A DNA stretch of 64,000 nucleotides from a virus, in the IMG/VR virus record IMGVR_UViG_3300035698_015907, one strand, 5' to 3'. Below the pieces are notes generated by a model, which was given only the letters and a program-made list of their open reading frames with translations, was not told the DNA's origin and did no database searches. Each line of letters opens with the position of its first letter. Within the stretch, counting starts at the first letter, position 1. The position numbers and the translations under genes are program-made. Positions 1 to 9,001 of this stretch are shown here, in pieces.

Positions 1-75
1 AGCAGAAAAATTCTCATGATGGTGTGAATATGTCATCAATGGATCTTATGATGTACGCAGAAACTGCAATAGTAT

Positions 76-105
76 AAAAATTAGGGGGCTCGAAAGCCCC
101 CTAAT
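76..105 (-). terminator. Rho-independent terminator after gene 32
   Basis: Minus strand reads ATTAGGGGGCT-TTCG-AGCCCCCTAAT followed by a T run; UUCG tetraloop typical of T4-like terminators. Confidence 0.85.
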
Positions 106-110
106 CAATT

Positions 111-1064
111 TTAATCTTCCTTCAATAGACCTTTAAAATAATCTAATGTTGAATCTCCATCATCACTAGTACTAGTACTAGTATCAAACGGGGCATCAGC
201 AGCAACAAGCTTCTTCTCTTCCTTCTTAGGTTCGGGCTTCGGCTTAGCAGGTGCTTCATCTTCATCAGATGACACATCAGTCATCCTCATATCAAGAACA
301 TTATATAGCTTCTTCTTAAGTTCAGCATATGGCTTGAACAAAGCGTATCCATTAACATCCTTGCCTTCTGGATTGATGAATTGCTTAAGAGACTGGATCT
401 TTTCATAGACCTTCTCTATTTCATCATCTTCTCCATCTAGTAAAGATGACTGCTCATCGAATGACGAATTATCATAATTAAGATAACCTTCAACCTTTCT
501 GATCTTGAGCTTAAAGTTTGCTCCTTCCCAGAAGTCATAAGGTACGATAGGCTTCTCTTCAAACTCTACAGGCGGATTCATTGCTTCCTTGATCTTGTTA
601 TAGATCTTGGTTCCAATCCTATAAAGGAATACCTGGCCTTCATTTTGAGGCTGGGCTGGGTCCTTTACTACATAGATGTTTGTAAGATAATGTAGACGCC
701 TCTTCTGTCGGCGAACTGTATCCTTATCTTCTTCTCTACCAGAATTCCATAGCTTCTGATTTAGTTCAGAAACAGGGTCTTCCTTTCCAATTGATGTAAG
801 AGAATTTTCGATATACCACTTTCCAGAAGGACCCTGGAAGCCGTGGTCATATACAGATACAAAAGGTACAACTAGATCATCTTCTTCCTTAGAAGGCAGA
901 AAACGAATTACAGCATAGCCATTTCCGGCTTTGTCTGTCTGAGGACGCCAAAATCTGGTATCTTCTACTCTTTTTCTAGATGATGGATCAAGCTTTGCAA
1001 CTTCATCAGCAAGCTTTTCAGCGGAGGTATTTTTACGGCGAGATTTATAGTTAGCGAACGACAT
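111..1064 (-). CDS. gp32: Single-stranded DNA-binding protein (T4 gp32 family)
   Basis: DKAGNGYAVIRFLP, HGFQGPSGKWYIENSLT, DFWEGANFKLKIRKVEGYLNYD motifs; acidic C-terminal tail. Confidence 0.97.
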   Translation of the reverse strand: MSFANYKSRRKNTSAEKLADEVAKLDPSSRKRVEDTRFWRPQTDKAGNGYAVIRFLPSKEEDDLVVPFVSVYDHGFQGPSGKWYIENSLTSIGKEDPVSELNQKLWNSGREEDKDTVRRQKRRLHYLTNIYVVKDPAQPQNEGQVFLYRIGTKIYNKIKEAMNPPVEFEEKPIVPYDFWEGANFKLKIRKVEGYLNYDNSSFDEQSSLLDGEDDEIEKVYEKIQSLKQFINPEGKDVNGYALFKPYAELKKKLYNVLDMRMTDVSSDEDEAPAKPKPEPKKEEKKLVAADAPFDTSTSTSDDGDSTLDYFKGLLKED

Positions 1065-1129
1065 TTATTTCATGCAACTCCTTTGCAACCTATTACAACA
1101 TAACAACTTAAGTCGTTTTCACGACTTAC

Positions 1130-1137
1130 TATTTATA
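1130..1137 (-). promoter_or_regulatory. T4-type late promoter TATAAATA upstream of gene 32
   Basis: Exact TATAAATA on the minus strand in the intergenic space. Confidence 0.65.
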
Positions 1138-1141
1138 TATC

Positions 1142-1747
1142 TTACACTGTTTTTGTGAATTTGTCAACAACTATTTTACGAAAAGACTTAAGTTTCTCAT
1201 CGTCTATATTCAAAAATTTAGAATATGTTTTCAGAATATTATACTTTTCTGGCCATATCACTGGATCATTTATTTTTTTATTCCACCTAGATAATACTTC
1301 AGTAAGTTTATTGATTATAATCACAGTTTCTAATGATACATCTTTTTCTAATAACATTTCTAATAATCTAGGATGTTGACCATCTACGACATTCAAAGCA
1401 TCATTAAATGAAATATCAATTTTTCCTATGTCTTGTTTAAACATATAGGTTAATGAATCTCTACGTTTAACCCACAAAGCATAGCGTTCTTCTCCTTCTT
1501 GATTTATTATATCTGTTATCCAAAAATTCGGATTTTCAATTAGTGATGCAATAATATATCCTTCTGGATCTTTTTTCTTTGATAGCTTATGAAAAAAATA
1601 TCTATCCTTTCTTTCCATAAATTTATCAAATTTAGTATTCATCTTTCCATTGTATTTGAAATAATCATATCCTCTGTTTGCAAAATGCGAACGCAATGCA
1701 AGAAACATCACATAAGCATCATATGCATCATAAGAATGCTTCTCCAT
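1142..1747 (-). CDS. gp59: Helicase loader (T4 gp59 family)
   Basis: YDYFKYNGK and RKDRYFFHKLSKK motifs; position between genes 33 and 32. Confidence 0.93.
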   Translation of the reverse strand: MEKHSYDAYDAYVMFLALRSHFANRGYDYFKYNGKMNTKFDKFMERKDRYFFHKLSKKKDPEGYIIASLIENPNFWITDIINQEGEERYALWVKRRDSLTYMFKQDIGKIDISFNDALNVVDGQHPRLLEMLLEKDVSLETVIIINKLTEVLSRWNKKINDPVIWPEKYNILKTYSKFLNIDDEKLKSFRKIVVDKFTKTV

Positions 1748-1981
1748 TTATATAGGAAGTCTCCTAGTTTTAGGTAAAAGATTCATATCTTCAGCTTCAA
1801 CTTGTAATTTACTTTTTAGAGGTTCGGATTTTTTTATAATAGCAGCGGCAGTTTCTATCTCAATACCATTCCTTTCACAATATTCTACTATAACATCAAA
1901 ATATTCAGCGCCAGTATCTTCTACTTTGCGTTCTATTGCTCTTAACATTTCAATGGAATCTAGCATTCCATTAACTTTCAT
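1748..1981 (-). CDS. gp33: Late transcription coactivator (T4 gp33 family)
   Basis: YFDVIVEYCERNGIEIE...LKSKLQVEAEDMNLL; synteny 33-59-32. Confidence 0.9.
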   Translation of the reverse strand: MKVNGMLDSIEMLRAIERKVEDTGAEYFDVIVEYCERNGIEIETAAAIIKKSEPLKSKLQVEAEDMNLLPKTRRLPI

Positions 1982-2661
1982 AAATGATTAATCTCCTCAA
2001 ATTCCTTTCTTATTTCTAAAAACTTTCCTATATAATCTCGGGATTTCTTTTTGAAAACCTTAGCTATAGGATCACCATCTCTCATTATTATAACAACTAT
2101 ATCTTCAAGTGTAATACCAAACATTTCATATGCCATAAAAGCATATGCAGCACCTTGCATGAAATATGATTCAATATCAGTTTCATACTTATCTCTAGCA
2201 CTAGTTTTAAAATCGACAATAGATTGGACGCCATCAAACTCTGCTATTAAATCAGCAGTGCCCGCAGATTTTAATCTACGAGAAAACATTTGTATTTCTG
2301 TGTGAAAAATATTATCTACGGAAATATCTAATACATTTTTAATAGGTATAAAATCCACTAAAATGAATGGATTCACATCTACACTATTAAGTCTATTATT
2401 AAGATAATCCTCACATAACTCATGCACCGCTGTGCCTCTCAGAGAGGCTCGCTGTGAGACTAGGTTAGCCTCCTCCTCACCAACACGAGCCCTCCACTCG
2501 CTTATGTGTGTGTCACTGAGCATAGACAGGACAGAGGTGACTGACGGAAAAGCGTCCCCGCCAGGCACTCTGTATAGTCTGTGTAGTTCCGAATCGATGC
2601 GCTCAATTGGAACGTACTTATCTTCTGGAAAAGATAAGTGAGTAAATGATTTGTGTTGCAT
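1978..2661 (-). CDS. PD-(D/E)XK exonuclease (Cas4-like phage exonuclease)
   Basis: PSVTSVL, RGTAVHELCEDYL, AGTADLIAEFDG, IVDFKTS motifs. Confidence 0.88.
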   Translation of the reverse strand: MQHKSFTHLSFPEDKYVPIERIDSELHRLYRVPGGDAFPSVTSVLSMLSDTHISEWRARVGEEEANLVSQRASLRGTAVHELCEDYLNNRLNSVDVNPFILVDFIPIKNVLDISVDNIFHTEIQMFSRRLKSAGTADLIAEFDGVQSIVDFKTSARDKYETDIESYFMQGAAYAFMAYEMFGITLEDIVVIIMRDGDPIAKVFKKKSRDYIGKFLEIRKEFEEINHL

Positions 2662-2665
2662 AGAA

Positions 2666-3436
2666 CTAGAATGTTATACCTAATCTGTTTTTGTTGATTA
2701 TATAATCTCTAACGAGACCAGACCTAACAATGTCATCTTCCGTAAATTCAACGTGATCAAACGATTTCATACTATCTATAATACTCATAAAACCTTTGAG
2801 ACCATTTTTCTCATGTGATCTTGTAAAATCACTTTGACTATAATCTCCACAAAATATGATTCTTGAATTATCACCTACTCTTGTTATAATAGAGTCTAAT
2901 TCATGTCCTGATAAATTAGAACATTCATCAACAATGATAATAGAATTAGATATAGTAGTTCCTCTTACAAATGATGTAGGAAGAAAATTTACTATCTTTT
3001 TTAATTTAAGAATCTGATAAGCATCAGCTCTGCCAAAAAGCTCATTAAAAATTGCTTGGTAAGGAGCTTCATAAACTTCTAATTTTTCTTTAGTTGAGCC
3101 AGGTAAAAATCCTATATCTCTTGTCGGCACTGCCGATCTAACTAAAGTTATTCTATTATGCTTACTTTTAGAATCTAATATTCTCTGTAAAGCCAAATAT
3201 ATCGAAATAAAGGTTTTACCAGTTCCTGCAGAACCATGTAAAAGAAGATGTTTACCACTTTCAAAAGATTCAAATACTTTAGATTGGTTGATTGTTTTTG
3301 GTTGCACCTCATTTAATATGAGATTTTCATCTACTTTAATTGGTTCTCCGTGCTTTTTTCTGCCTCTTCTTGTTGCTTTGACCCTCTTTTCCGTGGGTAC
3401 TTTTCGGTCCTCTTCTTCAACGAGACCTTCAAACAT
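2666..3436 (-). CDS. phoH: PhoH-like ATPase
   Basis: GSAGTGKT Walker A, RDIGFLPG, RGTT, IIVDECSN, IFCGDYSQSD, DIVRSGLV. Confidence 0.95.
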   Translation of the reverse strand: MFEGLVEEEDRKVPTEKRVKATRRGRKKHGEPIKVDENLILNEVQPKTINQSKVFESFESGKHLLLHGSAGTGKTFISIYLALQRILDSKSKHNRITLVRSAVPTRDIGFLPGSTKEKLEVYEAPYQAIFNELFGRADAYQILKLKKIVNFLPTSFVRGTTISNSIIIVDECSNLSGHELDSIITRVGDNSRIIFCGDYSQSDFTRSHEKNGLKGFMSIIDSMKSFDHVEFTEDDIVRSGLVRDYIINKNRLGITF

Positions 3437-3447
3437 ATTTGCTATTC

Positions 3448-3690
3448 CTAGAATGTGTTGACGTTTCCTTTCGGGTGCGCCTCCTTGACTCTTGATAATA
3501 CTTCTCTAAATCCATTGTCAGGCTTTGAATTTACGCCTTTAGATGAAACTAGATTCTGTTTAATCAGTCCGGGAGTATCAATTCCTCTCTTTACATTAGG
3601 ATGTTTTTCGAGATAATCATTTATCTCAGAGAACTTCATAATTTCGTTATAAATGTCTCCATTTTCTGCTACAAAATTATAACTGGGCAT
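3448..3690 (-). CDS. FmdB-like small protein of T4-like phages
   Basis: MPSYNF start and KPDNGFREVLSRVKEAHP C-terminus; usual position upstream of phoH. Confidence 0.65.
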   Translation of the reverse strand: MPSYNFVAENGDIYNEIMKFSEINDYLEKHPNVKRGIDTPGLIKQNLVSSKGVNSKPDNGFREVLSRVKEAHPKGNVNTF

Positions 3691-3879
3691 TATTCATATT
3701 CCTGATCATCTTCATCTTTTTTCTGAAATTCATCTAAAGGATCGAGTTTTCGGCTTCGATGAAATATTTTCTCATCTTTAACTTTCATTTTCTTATTTTT
3801 TTGCCTACGATAATTCGTATTACCATCATGGCTTTCGAAGCTATCGAATTTATCGAAGCTTCTATATGTTTTGCCCATT

Positions 3880-4335
3880 TTACTCGGCAGCCTCCTTACT
3901 CTTTGCTTTCTTTGTTTTGAATGGATCAAAAATACCCGGATACGCAGCTTCAAATACTGCATCTGTAATTTTATAAGGGAATTTTTTATCTTTAACGGAG
4001 CACAGTAATGCTGCGTCAAGAGGATCTAACTGTTCAAGAAACTGAATAAAGAGGGATTCGCGTTTAAGACTGGGCATTTCACCAGCATTAGGATTTGGCA
4101 CAAACAAATACATCCTTCTCCAAGAAGAATATAAATTGCCTTGATTATCTAGCTGTTCATTCTTATTATATGGTGGCACTCCATCTGGGAGAAGCCACTT
4201 CATATTTTTATCTTTGTATAATCTAAGAATATCACGAATTACTGGTGAATCATACTTTTGTAGTATGTTCACTTTTTCATTTTTCGTTTTAGCTTCTTCT
4301 ACCTTTTGAAATATTTCAGATACACCGAAATGCAT
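3880..4335 (-). CDS. Conserved T4-like hypothetical protein
   Basis: WLLPDGVPPY and KRESLFIQFLEQLDP motifs; GGAG RBS; downstream of rnh. Confidence 0.7.
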   Translation of the reverse strand: MHFGVSEIFQKVEEAKTKNEKVNILQKYDSPVIRDILRLYKDKNMKWLLPDGVPPYNKNEQLDNQGNLYSSWRRMYLFVPNPNAGEMPSLKRESLFIQFLEQLDPLDAALLCSVKDKKFPYKITDAVFEAAYPGIFDPFKTKKAKSKEAAE

Positions 4336-4345
4336 TTATATTCTC

Positions 4346-5209
4346 CTAAAATTCATTTATATTTTCGAATAGATTGACCAGTCTTTTATCCATAAAGTAC
4401 TTTACAAGTTTACTTCTATCCCCTTCTTTTTGGGAATTAAAGCTTTCTAATATACCAGTTTTGATATTATCTGGCACGCATTCGACATCTACCATTGTTT
4501 TGTTGCGTATAAAATTATCTTTCTCAGATATATCAAGACACGCATCAATAGGATCTTCAACAGACATAAATCGTGCCATGACCTTTTTAGTCACTGGCTT
4601 CTGCCTAATTCCCATAACAAATGAATTATCTGGTGATAGAACATTAGGGACGCCGTCCCCAACATCACCACGAATGATGTGTTCAACTAAGTACTTTTTT
4701 GGATCATTATGTACAATCATACGTTTATTTATTGGATCATATTGTTCAACATTCGGAAATTTTTGTAATTGTATAAAATCTTTGTCACTAGATACAATCA
4801 AAATGCGATTTTGATTATTAAGAAACTCTGTACTTCCTTTAGCTGCTAGTACAGCTATAACGTCATCTGCTTCCGCTCGAGGAAAATCTACTACTTTGTA
4901 GGGGAATACTTCTATTAAATCTGTCTTAACAATATCTAATAGAGAAAATATTTTATTCCAATCTAGTGTTAACTTATCTCTTGATTTCTTTCTACTAGCT
5001 TTATAATGTACATAAACATCTTTTCGCCATGATTTGCCACTATCAGCACATATAACTAATTCACCAAAATCATTCTTAAATCTCTTTCTGACAGATCTAA
5101 GTGAATTTAATATCATATGTCTAAGTAGATTTTCGTCTAATTCATCTGTGTTTTTAATAGATTGAAATAGATTTGAAAACATGATTTGAGATAAATCGAC
5201 TAATATCAT
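4346..5209 (-). CDS. rnh: RNase H / 5'-3' exonuclease (T4 rnh family)
   Basis: MILVDLSQ start, YKASRKK, AEADDVIAVL, SSDKDFIQLQ, GDVGDGVPNVLS. Confidence 0.95.
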   Translation of the reverse strand: MILVDLSQIMFSNLFQSIKNTDELDENLLRHMILNSLRSVRKRFKNDFGELVICADSGKSWRKDVYVHYKASRKKSRDKLTLDWNKIFSLLDIVKTDLIEVFPYKVVDFPRAEADDVIAVLAAKGSTEFLNNQNRILIVSSDKDFIQLQKFPNVEQYDPINKRMIVHNDPKKYLVEHIIRGDVGDGVPNVLSPDNSFVMGIRQKPVTKKVMARFMSVEDPIDACLDISEKDNFIRNKTMVDVECVPDNIKTGILESFNSQKEGDRSKLVKYFMDKRLVNLFENINEF

Positions 5210-6183
5210 AGTTGGCCTCTTAGAAACATATCCCACTCAATTTCTCTAACATCCCAAGAATAGAATGTATCAATATACTGAGAAGCATTAAACAGTCTTG
5301 TGTTCATAGCTCCAGATCTAGTGAGATCGATTGTCTGTCTTAACATATGGGTGAATATACCAGCATGGTCTCTTACACTATTTTGATATTGGTACATCAT
5401 AGTCCAATTAGCAGAAGTCTCATATAATGCAGCATAATTTGAATGAACACAAGCTAATCCAGCTGACATTGCTTCTATCAATGATATACAGCTAGTCTCA
5501 GGCCACTTTGATGGATATGCAAAAATATCATACTCAGGCAATTTCTTAACCAGGTCTTCGTGTGGAACAGCACCATGATAATTAATTGCGGGATGATTTT
5601 TCAGAAAAGAAAAAAGCTCTTCATATTCTTTGTCTCTTTCTTCCCAGCCATAAATGGAAAAACTAGAAAAGACATCGAGCGTAATATTCTTATCAACATT
5701 TTCATAGATATGATTAAATGCTGATGCTAATATATCTAAACCTCTGTGGGGTGTAGTATGATAAACCAATTTGATTGGTTCATCGGAAGGTATTATACCT
5801 TCTCGCTGACGCTTTTCTAAAGGTATAATAGCGTTTTTAATAACTTCGCATTTATACCATGGAATTGAAAAATGCTTAATATATGCTTGCATCTGCCAGT
5901 TGCTAACGAAAACTAGCTTATCAAAATGATTGTATCCACCTTCTTTTAAGAAGTTAGCTTCGGGGTCTTCAGGAAGATCGTGAGCAACAAATATCTTTTT
6001 CTTTGAATTATCTAAGTCTCTTACTCTTGAATGAATTATCTGAAAATTGCTTAATAATTCAGGATCAATCCGTTTAATCATTTCTTCAGCAATTAATTCT
6101 GTACCACCTCGAGCTTTGTTAGTAGTATCTTCTCGAATTAATTTGCCACCTAATATTTGAACCATATAGTTCCTATACTCCAT
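5206..6183 (-). CDS. GT-B (family 4-like) glycosyltransferase
   Basis: RGGTEL, YHTTPHRGL, FAYPSKWPETSCISLIEAMSAG. Confidence 0.9.
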   Translation of the reverse strand: MEYRNYMVQILGGKLIREDTTNKARGGTELIAEEMIKRIDPELLSNFQIIHSRVRDLDNSKKKIFVAHDLPEDPEANFLKEGGYNHFDKLVFVSNWQMQAYIKHFSIPWYKCEVIKNAIIPLEKRQREGIIPSDEPIKLVYHTTPHRGLDILASAFNHIYENVDKNITLDVFSSFSIYGWEERDKEYEELFSFLKNHPAINYHGAVPHEDLVKKLPEYDIFAYPSKWPETSCISLIEAMSAGLACVHSNYAALYETSANWTMMYQYQNSVRDHAGIFTHMLRQTIDLTRSGAMNTRLFNASQYIDTFYSWDVREIEWDMFLRGQL

Positions 6184-6259
6184 TAAAGCATTTTATTCTA
6201 ACACAGTTATCTGCATATGTCAATAAATATATCACTTGTGAATAAACCTGGAGTTCAAA

Positions 6260-6649
6260 ATGGAAGAAAAGAATAATATAATAAAGTTTCCTATTGATAA
6301 CACAAGGCTAGATCTTAGTGGCATTGCTGTTGACACCGAAGAAATTATGAACAATATTCTTGATATGAAGAAAATATATTTCTCCGAGATTGCAGATGCA
6401 TTAGTTGACGATGTAATGAGAAATGTTGATTCATTATGTTTAGAAGAATCTAGAATGTGGCGCGGCGGTATGGATGTTAAAGATGTTATTTGCATCAAAG
6501 AAGCAATAGTGGCAGGTCTTTGCAGAAGCATGGGTATAAATCATCCACTACATGACATAATGGATAACAACATAACTAGAACAGATGATAGCAAAGAAAC
6601 TAAATATGATAACAACATAAATTATTCATACACATTTAAGCAAGATTAA
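6260..6649 (+). CDS. Hypothetical protein
   Basis: GGAG RBS; NNIIKFP N-terminus; sole plus-strand gene in a minus-strand block. Confidence 0.6.
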   Translation: MEEKNNIIKFPIDNTRLDLSGIAVDTEEIMNNILDMKKIYFSEIADALVDDVMRNVDSLCLEESRMWRGGMDVKDVICIKEAIVAGLCRSMGINHPLHDIMDNNITRTDDSKETKYDNNINYSYTFKQD

Positions 6650-6930
6650 TTCTCTGCGGGAGGATCATCTTCTTTCATCATTTCAATATTATTAACGAAA
6701 TGTATTTCTCTATTGCCGCAGCACATACAAGCAGTTTTCATTATATTCTGAGATGGATCACGCTTATTTACTAAAAAATCGTACCAAACTAAACTATATG
6801 GCCTGCTTCCGCATTTTATGCATTCGCCTTCTAATACATAAAATCTAAAGTCTTTAATATCATCATCAATAGAAATAGCGTCATGTATAGGTCTAGCTTT
6901 TAAATTTGGAAGCTTTTTTGTATTTTTCAT
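6646..6930 (-). CDS. Small Zn-ribbon hypothetical protein
   Basis: CxxC...CxxC pairs. Confidence 0.5.
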   Translation of the reverse strand: MKNTKKLPNLKARPIHDAISIDDDIKDFRFYVLEGECIKCGSRPYSLVWYDFLVNKRDPSQNIMKTACMCCGNREIHFVNNIEMMKEDDPPAEN

Positions 6931-6932
6931 GA

Positions 6933-7427
6933 TTAACTCCTATTTAATAGGTGTACCGATTTTGTGATGTGCTTTCTATGTATTTTGCCACCTATGAATG
7001 AATTATAAAAATCATCTCTTATTAAAGCGTCCCTTACAATTTGTTCTCTCATTTCAAGATAATTCATATCGCCTTTAGAAGAGCACAAGTAAAGTATTTT
7101 TCTCGAAAAGCATTCTACTCCAAATTTTTCAATATCATTTTTCAGTTCAGCCGAACTTCCATAATATTCTTTCCAATCTGAAGAAATCCTAACTCTCTTA
7201 GTACGCTTTCTAGATTTGTTTTTAGGAAGCTTTTTTATCGCCCATAGGCCTTTTTGACCGATGTACTTTTTGCCATATGCGGCAGGGCTAAGGCATTCAA
7301 TTATATACACAAAACCAGCAAACTTTTGCAGTTCGCTATCTGGTAGGGTCAATTTAACCCCACTCTCAACAAGCCACGGATTGTTGTATTCTTGATCTGT
7401 TATTGATATTTGGTTTATGTCATCCAT
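6933..7427 (-). CDS. GIY-YIG family endonuclease-like protein
   Basis: GFVYII...KKYIGQK, SDWKEYYGSS, FYNSFIG. Confidence 0.75.
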   Translation of the reverse strand: MDDINQISITDQEYNNPWLVESGVKLTLPDSELQKFAGFVYIIECLSPAAYGKKYIGQKGLWAIKKLPKNKSRKRTKRVRISSDWKEYYGSSAELKNDIEKFGVECFSRKILYLCSSKGDMNYLEMREQIVRDALIRDDFYNSFIGGKIHRKHITKSVHLLNRS

Positions 7428-8084
7428 AAACCTATTTATGAAAGTTTATTCGTAGTTTATTCTTTTAGTATGCTGTTTCATTATGAATTCAGACATCGCA
7501 TTAACTAGATTATCATTCAATTCAAATGTAGGCATTTCATGACTGTATGAATTTAACTTTTCTGTTAAATCATAAAAGACATCATGATAATAATCTTCGC
7601 TAATTTCACTTAAAAGAGTTCTTGAAAGTCTGTCAACTACATCTTTGTGTATTAATTCACCTATTGTTTTGTTTTTATTTTTGTTATTCATTGATTCCCC
7701 TAAATTGCGCACATCCTAGTATAAAGTTTTAGTGCTTGTGTATTATGATCGTAATTTTGATAAATTCTATAAAAATAAGTATCCGGAAATAATCCTATAA
7801 AAGCAAAAATATTCGCATTTGCTTCTTCTAAAGTAGTTCCCACATAATATGTTTTAACAGAATATTCTTTTTCATATAACATAAAATTTGGTCCGGTCAA
7901 AAAACCGGCACATGTTTTTATTGCTGAAAGATTTATAAGTTCATCTGCGAGAAAAGTTTTGAATATTGTTTGGTCTGGAACAAGCGTATAACTAAGTTTG
8001 GTAATTTGTTCTTTCCAATCGAAGTAACTTATCATACTGCTATTAGAAACAGTAAGATCTATAATTTTGATCATTTCATTCATT

Positions 8085-8762
8085 TCAATCTTCCTTTGTT
8101 TCAAACACTTTAATATCATCTCTGTTAGGTCCTAATCTAACAGCAGTTAGCTTTCCATAACCTGGCTCGTCTTTGAAAACGCAGCCTGTATCTATGTTGA
8201 TTTGATTTTTGTTCAACTGAACAAAAGGAACCGGAGTGTGTCCATGAACTACAAAGACATTTTCTGCGAATTCGCCATCATAATCTATCCAATCTCTATT
8301 CCAGACCATAGAAAAATCAGACTGCTCATTTAGCGGATATGGAGTTATTCCTGCATGAACAAAGAAATAATCACCTTCTCTGTGAAAGAGAACAGTATGT
8401 TGTTTTAACCATTCAATGTGGTCTTTCAAAACAAGACTGTTCAATGCTTCGCTGTTTTTGAACTTATAAGAATTATATGTTGCACCACCACCATTAAATA
8501 ACCACATTCCGGTATTGCCATCTAGTGCTTCAATCATCAGTTCTTCGTGATTACCACTAAGAAAAATGTATTCATGTTTTCCGTGAATCTGTAATTGAAT
8601 TAACTTATCAATTACAGATTTAGAATCAGGGCCGCGATCTACATAGTCTCCAAGAAAAACTATTTTTGCTGGCTCATCTTTAGTATCTTCTTCTATTATA
8701 TCAAGTAATTTCAGTAAAGCGTTATAGCAGCCGTGTATATCACCTATTGCATATAAATTCAT
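8085..8762 (-). CDS. Ser/Thr protein phosphatase-like metallophosphoesterase
   Basis: GDIHG, GDYVDRG, GNHE, FVHAG, VHGHT, IDTG. Confidence 0.92.
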   Translation of the reverse strand: MNLYAIGDIHGCYNALLKLLDIIEEDTKDEPAKIVFLGDYVDRGPDSKSVIDKLIQLQIHGKHEYIFLSGNHEELMIEALDGNTGMWLFNGGGATYNSYKFKNSEALNSLVLKDHIEWLKQHTVLFHREGDYFFVHAGITPYPLNEQSDFSMVWNRDWIDYDGEFAENVFVVHGHTPVPFVQLNKNQINIDTGCVFKDEPGYGKLTAVRLGPNRDDIKVFETKED

Positions 8763-9001
8763 TTAGCACCTATTCTTTTCAATTCCAATCTGAGATCATC
8801 ATATCCCCCGATTGAAACATCATTAATTAATATTTGTGGCACTGTTTTAGCGCCGGGTATTCTAGAAAGCATTTCTTGTAAATTTTTAGTATTTTCTTCT
8901 ACATCATAATATGTGTAATCTAATTCTAATTCTTCTAAAATATCTTTAGATCTGTCACAGTATACACAAGTCTCCTTTCCGTATATTTCTATAAAATACA
9001 T
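8759..9001 (-). CDS. nrdC: Glutaredoxin
   Basis: CVYC, TVPQI, IGGYDDL; adjacent to nrdA. Confidence 0.9.
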   Translation of the reverse strand: MYFIEIYGKETCVYCDRSKDILEELELDYTYYDVEENTKNLQEMLSRIPGAKTVPQILINDVSIGGYDDLRLELKRIGAK

